A DNA stretch of 51,144 nt, taken from positions 1 to 51,144 of the forward strand of contig JAGLMD010000057.1 of NCBI GenBank assembly GCA_023140175.1, given 5' to 3'. Positions 39,659 to 49,634 of the stretch are shown here, one piece after another. The stretch's first letter is position 1, and every line of letters begins with the position of its first letter. The position numbers were made by a program, and so were the translations under genes. The notes below the pieces were generated by a model. That model was given only the letters and a program-made list of their open reading frames with translations. It ran no database searches and had not been told where the DNA came from. Source of the stretch: Nanobdellota archaeon (GTDB lineage: Archaea; Nanobdellota; Nanobdellia; Woesearchaeales; WJIZ01).

Positions 39659-40300
39659 ATGAGGATAAAAATTGCCCCTTCAATACTATCTGCAGACAAG
39701 GATAATCTGCAGAAAGAAGTTGAGGAAATAGAGCCCTACGCAGATCTCATCCATGTAGACATAATGGATGGTAAATTTGTCCCTCCAATTACTTTTCTTC
39801 CAGATGAAATAAAAAACATAGACTCAAAGCTTCCAAAAGATGTACATTTGATGGTATCTGATCCAGAAAAAAGCTTTATTGATGATTATGCAGAAGCAGG
39901 AGCTTCAATAATCACAATTCATGCAGAGGCATGCGGGGATATCACTAAAACCATAGAGAAAATAAAAAATCTAAATATAAAAGCCGGCTTATCAATAAAT
40001 CCACCAACTCCTTTAGAGAAAATCCTTCCCTATATCGGCCAGGTAGACATGGTTCTTATAATGTCAGTAAATCCAGGATATGCAGGCCAAAAATTCATTC
40101 CGGAAGTTCTTGAAAAAATAAGAAAACTCAGGCAGTTAAAACCAGAACTGGATATTGAGATTGATGGCGGCATAAACAAAGACACAATAAAGCAGGCAGT
40201 AGATGCAGGCGCCAATGTCATTGTTGCAGGCTCCGCTATATTTAACCAGAAAAACAGGAAAAAAGCAATAGATGAATTAAGAGAAGCATCAGGTATATAA
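39659..40300 (+). CDS. rpe: Ribulose-phosphate 3-epimerase
   Basis: APSILSAD, HVDIMDG.FVP, DVHLM, MSVNPG..GQ.F, IDGG. Confidence 0.96.
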   Translation: MRIKIAPSILSADKDNLQKEVEEIEPYADLIHVDIMDGKFVPPITFLPDEIKNIDSKLPKDVHLMVSDPEKSFIDDYAEAGASIITIHAEACGDITKTIEKIKNLNIKAGLSINPPTPLEKILPYIGQVDMVLIMSVNPGYAGQKFIPEVLEKIRKLRQLKPELDIEIDGGINKDTIKQAVDAGANVIVAGSAIFNQKNRKKAIDELREASGI

Positions 40301-40346
40301 GAAATAACCCAAAAGATTTAAAATAAAGAATACTTAATAATATAAA

Positions 40347-41468
40347 ATGGCCAAGTTTAAAGTAACCCCTTGGGAAGTTGAAGGCGAAGTAGACTATAAT
40401 AACCTGATACATCAGTTCGGTACTAAGCAATTGACCAGTGAGTTAATAAATAAGATAGAAAAAAAAGCCGGTTATTCTCATCATATGCTTAGAAGAAAGA
40501 TATTTTTCAGCCATAGGGAATTAGATATACTTCTTAAAGAACATGAGCAGGGGAAAAAATTTGCCCTCTATACAGGAAGAGGCCCCTCAGGCCATACCCA
40601 TATTGGCCACTTAATACCCTGGTTTTTTACAAAATACCTGCAGGACGCATTTGATGTTCCGCTTTATTTCCAGCTTACAGATGATGAAAAATTTCTATGT
40701 AAACAAAATCTGTCATTAAAAGAAACAAACAAAATGGCTTATGAAAACGCCTTAGACGTTATTGCTCTCGGCTTTGATCCAAAAAAGACGCATATTATAA
40801 TAGATACAGAATATTCAAAGACATTATATAAAATCGCTATACAGATTGCAAAAAAAGTCACAGCTTCAACAGCAAAATCTGTTTTCGGTTTCACAAACGA
40901 GACCAATATAGGTATGTATTTCTGGCCTGCTTTGCAGGCAGCCCCATGTTTTTTACCTTCCATCTTGGGGAAAGAGAAAATCCGAACCTTGATACCCGCA
41001 GCTATTGATCAGGACCCATATTGGCGCATAGTCAGGGATGTAGCACCAAAACTGGGCTATCCAAAGACTGCAGCAATACATTGCATCTTTCTTCCTGCCC
41101 TTACAGGATCATCAGGAAAGATGTCCACATCAACAGGTGAACAATCTACAATATTCACAACAGATGATGAAGGGGCAGTGAGAAAAAAAGTAATGAAGTA
41201 CGCCTTCTCAGGAGGCAAAGATACCTTAGAAGAGCATCGAAAACACGGCGGAAATCCTAATATAGATATCTCATATCAATGGCTTACATTCCTGGAAAAG
41301 GATGATAATAAATTAAAGAACATCTATGATGACTATAAGTCAGGCAAACTGTTATCAGGAGAGCTAAAGCAGATATTAGTTGATAAATTAAATGCTTTTC
41401 TGAAGAAGCATTCAGAAAATAAGGAAAAAGCAAGAAAAAATATAGATAAATTCCTGCTTAAGGATTAG
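40347..41468 (+). CDS. trpS: Tryptophan--tRNA ligase, archaeal/eukaryotic type
   Basis: VTPWEV, YTGRGPS, HIGH, AIDQDPY, KMSTS, AFSGG. Confidence 0.96.
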   Translation: MAKFKVTPWEVEGEVDYNNLIHQFGTKQLTSELINKIEKKAGYSHHMLRRKIFFSHRELDILLKEHEQGKKFALYTGRGPSGHTHIGHLIPWFFTKYLQDAFDVPLYFQLTDDEKFLCKQNLSLKETNKMAYENALDVIALGFDPKKTHIIIDTEYSKTLYKIAIQIAKKVTASTAKSVFGFTNETNIGMYFWPALQAAPCFLPSILGKEKIRTLIPAAIDQDPYWRIVRDVAPKLGYPKTAAIHCIFLPALTGSSGKMSTSTGEQSTIFTTDDEGAVRKKVMKYAFSGGKDTLEEHRKHGGNPNIDISYQWLTFLEKDDNKLKNIYDDYKSGKLLSGELKQILVDKLNAFLKKHSENKEKARKNIDKFLLKD

Positions 41469-41517
41469 CAAACTTTAAATAGTTTCGAACATATTAATGA
41501 TAAAAAGAGGTGACAAA

Positions 41518-41742
41518 ATGTTTTATAAAGTAGTTCCTTTGTCTTCAAGTTTCATGCTTACCAGCATTGTCGGAGCAATAATCTCGATATTATATGTTTA
41601 TCCAAGATCAGCACCCTTTGGCTTTACCTTCTTCCTATTCTTCACTATTATGTTTATTTCATCTTTGATATCAATGACTTTGGCTCCCCTGGATGCAGAG
41701 TTTGACATTAAAAAAGAGAAAAACAGAAAGATAAAAAGTTAA
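41518..41742 (+). CDS. Small two-TM membrane protein
   Basis: PLSSSFMLTSIVG...GFTF..FF.IMFISS.ISMT; GAGGTG SD before ATG 41518. Confidence 0.7.
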   Translation: MFYKVVPLSSSFMLTSIVGAIISILYVYPRSAPFGFTFFLFFTIMFISSLISMTLAPLDAEFDIKKEKNRKIKS

Positions 41743-42041
41743 TTGCCGAACTTCTTATCAAATTTTTCTTTAGCTTTATTCTCCTTCCAATATACAGCAT
41801 GGCTTGCCCGTTTATCAAATAAAGCAATTGATATCTTGATCATATCACTCTGGAATTTCTTGAGTGCCTTCTTTTCTACAATTATCTTAGAATCCTCAAT
41901 GCACTCCTGCATAAGCCTTATATTTTCCTTTCTGCATTTCTGCTCTTCTTCTTTCTCTTCATCTTCAGTTAGAAATATCTCTTCCCACATAGGATAAGTG
42001 CTTCCTTTTACAGTCCTTGGGAATGATTTTGAAAATGGCAT
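41739..42041 (-). CDS. Hypothetical protein
   Basis: 100-aa ORF with host-like composition, divergent AT-rich upstream region. Confidence 0.7.
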   Translation of the reverse strand: MPFSKSFPRTVKGSTYPMWEEIFLTEDEEKEEEQKCRKENIRLMQECIEDSKIIVEKKALKKFQSDMIKISIALFDKRASHAVYWKENKAKEKFDKKFGN

Positions 42042-42132
42042 TATAAGTAAAGAATCAACCAGGATATAAATAAATTTCTAAAGAAAGGTTTATATATAGT
42101 AATTATTAGAGTTAAAGAGAAGAGGTAGGTGG

Positions 42133-45100
42133 ATGAGAAATAAGATATTTATGCTTACATTTCTGGGAATACTATTACTTTCTCCATTAGTTTTTTCCTT
42201 CTCTTCCAACTCTACATCCACTTCAGAATGGAAGATGTTTGGAAGAACATTAGATAATAATAGATATTATCCAGATACAGTTAATATGAGTCATTTTGGA
42301 TTGTTGTGGAGTTATGAGGCTGATGATTCCTTTGATTCTTCTCCCGCAATCTCTCAAGGCATCTTATATATTGGAAATCTAGATAAGAATGTATATGCTC
42401 TCAATGCCACCACTGGAAACATGATTTGGAATTATACTTTATCACATGCAACAGAATCTTCTCCTGCAATTTCACAAGGTAAGGTATATATAGGATGTTA
42501 TGGACATACTATGTATGTTCTTAACGCCACAATAGGCACTCAGCTTTGGAACTATACTATAAAAGGTTATATTCGTTCTTCCTTTGTAATTCTAGATGAT
42601 ATCCTGTATTTTGGTGACTATGACTATGGAAATAATAGTGTCTATGCTCTTAATACTTCAACTGGTACTCAGCTTTGGAACTATACTATAGGAGACTCAA
42701 TGTTTTCCTCGCCATCAATTTATAATGACAGAATTTACATAGCCAGCGAAAATAATATGACATTTGCTCTCAATGCTACAACAGGGATTCAACTCTGGAA
42801 CTATACTACACAAGGTTATATCCACTCTTCGCCCGCCATTTCAGGGGGCATTTTATATATAGGAAGCTACGATAATAAGGTCTATGCTTTGAACGCCACT
42901 AACGGTATTCTCATTTGGAATTACACCACAGGTTATTCTGTTCTTTCTTCCCCCGCAATATCTCAAGGGATTTTATATATAGGAAGCTACGATAATAAGG
43001 TCTATGCTTTGAACGCCACTAATGGTGAAGAATTATGGACTTATGTGGCAGAAGGTAGCCTTCTTCCTTCTCCAGCAATATCTCAAAATATTCTTTTCAT
43101 TGGAAGTCATTCTAACAAAACATATGTCCTTAATGTTACTACAGGTATTCTACTTTGGAACTACACAACAGGTAATATTATTCTTTCATCTCCTTCAATT
43201 GCAAACGGAATAGTTTACATTGGAGGTCATGACAACAAACTCTACGCCTTCTCAGCCCTTCCTAATTTACCTCCTTCAATAACCCAGAACTACCCGCCAA
43301 ACAATTTATTTACTTCAACAAGAAACATAACCTTCAATTTCACAGCCACTGATGATTTCGACTCATCACTAACATGCAACTTAACTATCGATGGAAAAGT
43401 AAATCAAAGTGGTTTAACAGTTATAAACAGCACACCTCACGCTACTTATGCAACAGGAAATCTCTCCTTAGGTACACACACATGGAATATTACCTGCTGG
43501 GACAATGATCATGCTCATAATACTTCAGAAACAAGAACATTTACAGTAGAAAATTGTAACCCGCCGACAGAAGGAGATTGGAACATATATAATCAAAATG
43601 TAACTTGTTTTAATAGAAACATATCGTTGAACGGAAATTTATACATAAGTGGTAGCTCGATACTTACTTTTAATAATACAAACTTACTTATTTTGCCATG
43701 GGACGGTGAGTTTGTTGTAAACGACAGTACTCAAGTTAATATTTATAACTCTAACATCACTAGTTCAATCGACCCCTATGATCATAATGACTATTATACT
43801 AATTTTAAAGGCACATCTAGTAACTACATAGAGAATTCTTTTATTGATTTCTTGCTATTAGAAGAAAATACCAATACAAATATCTCTATTTTATCTTCTT
43901 ATAATATTGGCTATGGAGGCAATGCTTCTGGTTATCTTTTCAACTCAACAATATCAAGGTCAACAGAATTAAGAGTAAATCCCATAATTGATTTCATTAA
44001 CTCTAGTTTAAATAATTTAACTATTGAAATTTATGGGGATACAAGCATAATTTTTAATAATATCTATCAAGAAAATAATATCATAGACTCTTTTTCTTCA
44101 ACCAATCAAAAGATAAAATTTAATTTTTCAAATAGCTATGTTAATAAACTATGTATAAGAACTAGCTCTGATAATAATATCTCAATTATTCTATCGAACG
44201 TCTCAATATATTCAGCCGAATTTGGGGGTTATAATTCAATGTACACCATTATTAATTCTACTATAGAAGACACTCTTTGGGTTTTAACTCAGGCTTATTC
44301 GGATGTACAAAATTCAAATATTTTGAATTTAGATAGTTATGGAGATTCTATTATCAATTTTACAAAACTTACTAATTTAACTAGGTTTTATAGCTTTAAA
44401 GCCGGCCATCCAATAATAGCAGGTAATGTTAACATAATTTCCAATATTATACCTTCTTTGGTTAATGCAAATGTAACTCGTTTATATCCCCTCTACCTAT
44501 ATAACAGCTCTTCATCAAACCTATACAACTCTAGCGTATCAATAATAAATTCCAACACGATCATATGGAATAGCACCCTTTCAGGAGGCTATGTAGAAAT
44601 AAACCTAACATTCAATTCTACAAATTACAATAACACCTATAATATAACTTTGCCAAACGATAAAATAATAGGTGTGATTAGTCTCTTAACAAACACCCCC
44701 ATTAACATTACCTTCGACCAAAACGCACCTAATCTTACTATCAACAGTCCAATAGACAATTACAATTCTTCCGCAAATTCTATCTCTTTCAACTTCACAG
44801 CAACAGATGATTTCCATGATATTTTATTATGCAACCTAACTATAAACGGAACAGTAAACTTAAGCAATATAATTGCTGCAGGCGGCGCACCCCAGATCAA
44901 CACCACCAGCCTTAATACCGGCACTTATTATTGGAACATCTCCTGTTGGGATGAAGGCAATAAAGTAAACATCTCTATAACTAGAACACTTACTATTGAC
45001 ACTACTTTCCCAACAACCTGCACAAATATCACTTTAATAGCTGATACAGATAATGACGGAAATATTGAGATAAACTGGAGTACAGACTCAGATGCAGGTA

Positions 45101-46572
45101 AATATGGCATCTTTAGGGCAGCAACTAATTCATCAAGCATATCTTCAGCTGCAAGATTAATTAACATAACAGGAAACTTCTTTGAAGACAATACTTCATT
45201 ACATAACACAGAATACTGGTATGCTGTAACAGTAATAGATTCAGCAGGAAATGAAAACCTCTCAATTTTCTCAAACTCATCTAACATGATAAACGCAGCA
45301 GCAAATGACACAATTAATCCCAAACTACCTTCTTCAATAACAGTTACAAATGCAAGCAATACAGCAACAATAAGGTGGCCTGCAGTGCTTTATGACATTG
45401 AAGGAAATGCTGATTTTACTGGTTTAACTTATGAAATATGGTATAAGGCTCCAGGCAGTATCAATATTAGCAGGAACATGACTGCAAATATCTTCCAGGA
45501 AATAACTAATACTGATGTTTCAGCCAACTCAACTGAATTTAGCATACCATCAAGCTGCGGAAGTTCCTGCAATTATATGTTTATAGTTATAACCAAAGAT
45601 GATGCCAATAACAGAAATCTCTCAACTCCCCTGAATGAGCTTAACATCGCAAATGTCAGTTTGAGCTATTCCTCAGGAAGCAGCACCCCGCCTCCCTCCA
45701 GCTCTGGAGGAGGGGGCGGTGGGGGCATTATAAGAGTTAAACAAAACATATTCTCAAAAGGATGGGCAGATGTAGAAGATTCCTTAAACATAACTATAGA
45801 TAATTCATTTATACCTTTGACATATGTATCATTTCATCTTAAGGAAAAAGTATCGAATCTTCAGTTTACTGTCGAAACATTAGGCAGCCATCCTGAGCAT
45901 TTACCTGAATTGAGAAATCTTGCTTATAGTTTCCTTAAGATAACTGCAAGAAACGTAGTAGATGATAATTTAATATATCCGACAGTAAAATTTAAAGTAA
46001 AGAATTCTTGGCTTTCAGAAAACAAGTTAAATAAAGGAGATGTTGCCCTATTCAGATACAAAAATAATAAATGGCATAAACTAAAGACAGAATTTGATTC
46101 TCAGGGCGGTGATTACTCATATTATTGGTCTGAAATTCCGGGTTTTAGTTACTTTGTCATTGCTTCATCAACTATACTCACTGCAGCAAAAACAGGCTCA
46201 CCCACATCTCAAGATACTCAGCCAAGAACAGAAGACCAGGAAAGGGGCGAACAGGATTTTCCAGATATAACTAAAATTCAGGAAGATAAAATTAACTTCC
46301 TTAAAATAATCTTTATATCATTAGGAATCATATTATCTCTTGCAGTAATCTCCCTGTCAGCCTATTTTATTTTCTCAAAACTAGGAGAAAAAAGACTGGA
46401 TATGCTAATAGATTCAGAAAAACAAGTTCCAAAAAAGCTTCTCGAATATATCAAATTAGAACTCTCAAAAAACATCCCAAAAGAAACAATAAAGAAAGCA
46501 TTATTCTCTAAAGGTTGGCCGGAAAAACAGGTAGAACAAGCCTTTCAAAAATGTCAAAAACCACTCTGCTGA
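42133..46572 (+). CDS. Large surface glycoprotein: PQQ-like beta-propeller, Ig/FN3-like repeats, beta-helix-like region, PGF-pre-PGF domain, C-terminal TM
   Basis: Signal peptide; ~8 40-aa repeats SSPAI..G.LYIGS.D.KVYALNA..G..LW.Y; many N-x-S/T; SSGGGGGG linker; PGFSYFVI; TM helix. Confidence 0.88.
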   Translation: MRNKIFMLTFLGILLLSPLVFSFSSNSTSTSEWKMFGRTLDNNRYYPDTVNMSHFGLLWSYEADDSFDSSPAISQGILYIGNLDKNVYALNATTGNMIWNYTLSHATESSPAISQGKVYIGCYGHTMYVLNATIGTQLWNYTIKGYIRSSFVILDDILYFGDYDYGNNSVYALNTSTGTQLWNYTIGDSMFSSPSIYNDRIYIASENNMTFALNATTGIQLWNYTTQGYIHSSPAISGGILYIGSYDNKVYALNATNGILIWNYTTGYSVLSSPAISQGILYIGSYDNKVYALNATNGEELWTYVAEGSLLPSPAISQNILFIGSHSNKTYVLNVTTGILLWNYTTGNIILSSPSIANGIVYIGGHDNKLYAFSALPNLPPSITQNYPPNNLFTSTRNITFNFTATDDFDSSLTCNLTIDGKVNQSGLTVINSTPHATYATGNLSLGTHTWNITCWDNDHAHNTSETRTFTVENCNPPTEGDWNIYNQNVTCFNRNISLNGNLYISGSSILTFNNTNLLILPWDGEFVVNDSTQVNIYNSNITSSIDPYDHNDYYTNFKGTSSNYIENSFIDFLLLEENTNTNISILSSYNIGYGGNASGYLFNSTISRSTELRVNPIIDFINSSLNNLTIEIYGDTSIIFNNIYQENNIIDSFSSTNQKIKFNFSNSYVNKLCIRTSSDNNISIILSNVSIYSAEFGGYNSMYTIINSTIEDTLWVLTQAYSDVQNSNILNLDSYGDSIINFTKLTNLTRFYSFKAGHPIIAGNVNIISNIIPSLVNANVTRLYPLYLYNSSSSNLYNSSVSIINSNTIIWNSTLSGGYVEINLTFNSTNYNNTYNITLPNDKIIGVISLLTNTPINITFDQNAPNLTINSPIDNYNSSANSISFNFTATDDFHDILLCNLTINGTVNLSNIIAAGGAPQINTTSLNTGTYYWNISCWDEGNKVNISITRTLTIDTTFPTTCTNITLIADTDNDGNIEINWSTDSDAGKYGIFRAATNSSSISSAARLINITGNFFEDNTSLHNTEYWYAVTVIDSAGNENLSIFSNSSNMINAAANDTINPKLPSSITVTNASNTATIRWPAVLYDIEGNADFTGLTYEIWYKAPGSINISRNMTANIFQEITNTDVSANSTEFSIPSSCGSSCNYMFIVITKDDANNRNLSTPLNELNIANVSLSYSSGSSTPPPSSSGGGGGGGIIRVKQNIFSKGWADVEDSLNITIDNSFIPLTYVSFHLKEKVSNLQFTVETLGSHPEHLPELRNLAYSFLKITARNVVDDNLIYPTVKFKVKNSWLSENKLNKGDVALFRYKNNKWHKLKTEFDSQGGDYSYYWSEIPGFSYFVIASSTILTAAKTGSPTSQDTQPRTEDQERGEQDFPDITKIQEDKINFLKIIFISLGIILSLAVISLSAYFIFSKLGEKRLDMLIDSEKQVPKKLLEYIKLELSKNIPKETIKKALFSKGWPEKQVEQAFQKCQKPLC

Positions 46573-46805
46573 ACTTCAAGCTCTGCTTGAAGGCTTATAA
46601 ATCTCTGATTCAAGAAAGTCTTACTATCGTAAGATGATTATAGATATAAGACTTTATTGTCTTATAAAGCATGCGTATTATTATGGATTCTATACTTTAT
46701 ATACAATAAAAAAGCAGAGTGGCATGTTTTTAGGCGCTGCAAAGGTTAAGTGGTTTTTGAGCATACAGATACAATCCAACTAAAGTTGAATAGTATTCTG
46801 TCGTA

Positions 46806-48125
46806 TCAGAAATCAAAAATCTTCTTCTTCTCTTCAAATGCAATAGGGCTTCCACCACCGTGCCATGTAAATCTCGGCCTTATTCTCATCGGATACATCT
46901 TTTCATTATTATCATCAAATATTATAGCAGCCCCCTTTACTCTGGGCAGATAATTAAGCTGCTTGTCCAAGCCTTCTCTCATATAACTCTGCATTAGCAT
47001 ACCCAAAGCCTTCACATCGTAGTTTGCGGTAATTCTATGCGCAATTACAACATCTGACTGGGTCATTACATCAGTATGTATCTTTCCAGGCTGCTGGCTT
47101 GCAAGAATCAACGATATGCCAGGCTGCCTTCCTTCTCTGAGTATTGTAACTAATGGTTGTGTTGCCATGGTCTTTCCTTCATTAGGCAGGAACTCATGAG
47201 CCTCGTCAATTATCAGCCAAACCAATGGCTCTTTTCTCTTCCCTTCCTCATCTTGCTCAAGTAAAGATGTATTCTTCTTTATAGATCTATGCTCTTCACT
47301 CTTTCTTGCTACCATCCTGTTTAGAAAGAGTTTCTGGCTGACAAGCCCGATTACTAATGCCCTAATATTAGATGCTCCGGGAATAGTAGCATAGCAGCTG
47401 ACATCCAGGACAGTGACCTGCCCGCCTTTTACTAACTCCCGTATTGGCGTACCCTTTTTATCAAAAAGCCCCCATTTTTTTGCAGATAAAAACCTATTCT
47501 CTATAGCATCTTTTATTTCATTTCTTATAGCATCTTCGCTTTTTATTTTATGAATAATATCATCAATATCATAATCTTTTGTTTCTTCTTTCAGGTCATT
47601 GATTACTCTTTCCATTGTCACACCAATCTCAGAATTAATATCAATATCAAAGCTCATGCACCAGTCGCTTGATTCTAGTTCACTTGGCTTAATCGAGAAT
47701 GGAAAATCTGTCGGTATTCCCTCTTCTTTATATTTATTATAATAACCTGTAGGTGTATAGATATGTACATGTAATCCTTTTCCTTCAAGGCCCCATTCCT
47801 TAAGTAATTTTTCCTCTTTCTTGTTAGGATATTTCATAGGCCAGTATATGCCCATAGTGTCAAGCATGACAACAGAAATATTATCCTTTACTTCACTTGG
47901 AAGGTCGCTCATACCTTCTGCAATAACACCCATAGAATAACTCTTTCCGCTTCCCCTCTTTCCGCAGATAAATATAACATGGCTCCTTAGGACATCAATA
48001 AGAATCTTATTAGATAAAGAAGTGGTTTGCCCCATTTTCACATAATGTTTTCCGATAAATATAGTCCCCTTTGTGCCAAATCTCTTCTTATCTTCTTCAT
48101 CTCTTCCTACAACAATATCATACAT
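46806..48125 (-). CDS. HerA/FtsK-like P-loop ATPase (DUF87)
   Basis: Walker A GKRGSGKS, Walker B LIIDEAH, REGRQPG, ASQQP. Confidence 0.88.
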   Translation of the reverse strand: MYDIVVGRDEEDKKRFGTKGTIFIGKHYVKMGQTTSLSNKILIDVLRSHVIFICGKRGSGKSYSMGVIAEGMSDLPSEVKDNISVVMLDTMGIYWPMKYPNKKEEKLLKEWGLEGKGLHVHIYTPTGYYNKYKEEGIPTDFPFSIKPSELESSDWCMSFDIDINSEIGVTMERVINDLKEETKDYDIDDIIHKIKSEDAIRNEIKDAIENRFLSAKKWGLFDKKGTPIRELVKGGQVTVLDVSCYATIPGASNIRALVIGLVSQKLFLNRMVARKSEEHRSIKKNTSLLEQDEEGKRKEPLVWLIIDEAHEFLPNEGKTMATQPLVTILREGRQPGISLILASQQPGKIHTDVMTQSDVVIAHRITANYDVKALGMLMQSYMREGLDKQLNYLPRVKGAAIIFDDNNEKMYPMRIRPRFTWHGGGSPIAFEEKKKIFDF

Positions 48126-48275
48126 ATTGTCTATACATCACCTATTACTATAAATAATTTAGAAACTATTCTAAAGTAGTATATTATAGAAAAATTTATT
48201 AATGCAATACCCTTTATATTATAAAAAGAGGGGGAAACACAACAAATATTAAAAATCATATTAGATGGTGATATA

Positions 48276-49634
48276 ATGAAAAAAAAGAAATCTAAGATAA
48301 ATCAAAAAGTGAAATCAGCTATTTTCACTGCCGTTTTAGCAATAATTGTTATAAGTCTTTTTTATTATCTTATAGCAAAAGAAAGTTCTAATAATCAGTC
48401 TGAGGATAGCTCAAGCCCGGTCGCAATTGTCAATGGCGGGAAAATTACCGAGAATGATCTGGATAAGGAATATTCTAAAATATCAGAAGAATATCAGGCA
48501 CTTGTATCAAAAGATCAACTATTGGACCAGCTCATTAATAAAAAATTGGTTCTTCAAGAAGCAAATAATCAGGATATTTTAGTATCAGATTCTGAGATAG
48601 AGGAGCAGCTGAATATTGTTAAGCAGCAGTTTCCAACAGAGGAATTATTTATGGAAGCACTTGAGCAGCAGGGTCTCACATTAGAAATTATGGGCATCCA
48701 GATTGAAGAAACCATACTTATAAATAAGCTTCTTAATCAGACTGTTATTTCTGATATAGAAGTATCAGAACAGGAAATATCTGAATATTATACAGGGAAT
48801 AATGAGCAATTTACTGCTAAAGAAGGGGAGATAAGGGTAGCCCATATTTTGGCTGAATCAGAAGAAGAAGCAGGGGAAATAATATCTATACTGAAAAATG
48901 GAAGAAATTTTCAGGATCTTGCTCAAGCTGTTTCAAAAGACCCTTCAGCAGAATTCAACAAAGGAGACCTTGGCTTTTTCTCGCAAGGCACAATGGTGGC
49001 GGAATTTGAAGATGAAGCATTCTCCCTTAAGGTAGGCCAGATCTCTGAGCCAGTAAAAACAGAATTTGGCTATCATATCATAAAAAGGCTCCCTAATATA
49101 ATATCTTTAAATGAGGCAAAAGATGGCATATCAGCAGTAATCTTGAATTCTAAACAATCAGAATCTATAGAAGGGTACATTTCAGAATTAAGAGATAATG
49201 CAGATATAAAATTAAGTGAAGAGATAGCGCCATTAGGCGCAGCTATTCAAGAAGAAACTGAAATTGAGAATGAGTTTAAAGAGACATCTGATGAAATATG
49301 TACAGAAGACGAAAAACCAATTATAAGGATGTATACTTCCTCGACATGTGAAAAATGCAGAGACATTGAAATAGCTTTCAGAAATACAGTCCAAACCTAT
49401 GATGTTGTAGTTAAAGAATGGGAATTAGATACAGGAGACAACCTTTACACCTCTGAAATTGAAACAAGCATGACAAGCTCAGAATATGAATTATTAAAAA
49501 AATACAACCCCTCATTTGCAGTTCCTGCCTATGTCTTCGGTTGCAGGTATGTAAGGATAGGAAATGCTTTTGCTGAGCCGGATTACCTGGAAGAAGAAAA
49601 AATATTTATGGAGACAATTGAAAGAATAATATGA
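48276..49634 (+). CDS. SurA/PrsA-like parvulin peptidyl-prolyl isomerase with C-terminal thioredoxin-like domain
   Basis: N-terminal TM, VAIVNGGKIT, HIL, S.D, GDLGFF..G.MV.EFE..AF, PVKTEFGYHII; C-terminal CEKC and VP. Confidence 0.88.
   Translation: MKKKKSKINQKVKSAIFTAVLAIIVISLFYYLIAKESSNNQSEDSSSPVAIVNGGKITENDLDKEYSKISEEYQALVSKDQLLDQLINKKLVLQEANNQDILVSDSEIEEQLNIVKQQFPTEELFMEALEQQGLTLEIMGIQIEETILINKLLNQTVISDIEVSEQEISEYYTGNNEQFTAKEGEIRVAHILAESEEEAGEIISILKNGRNFQDLAQAVSKDPSAEFNKGDLGFFSQGTMVAEFEDEAFSLKVGQISEPVKTEFGYHIIKRLPNIISLNEAKDGISAVILNSKQSESIEGYISELRDNADIKLSEEIAPLGAAIQEETEIENEFKETSDEICTEDEKPIIRMYTSSTCEKCRDIEIAFRNTVQTYDVVVKEWELDTGDNLYTSEIETSMTSSEYELLKKYNPSFAVPAYVFGCRYVRIGNAFAEPDYLEEEKIFMETIERII

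Noticed and set aside
42300-43250. CRISPR-like or DGR-like periodic repeats
   Set aside because: The 120-bp period is in-frame beta-propeller coding; no unique spacers, cas genes or reverse transcriptase.
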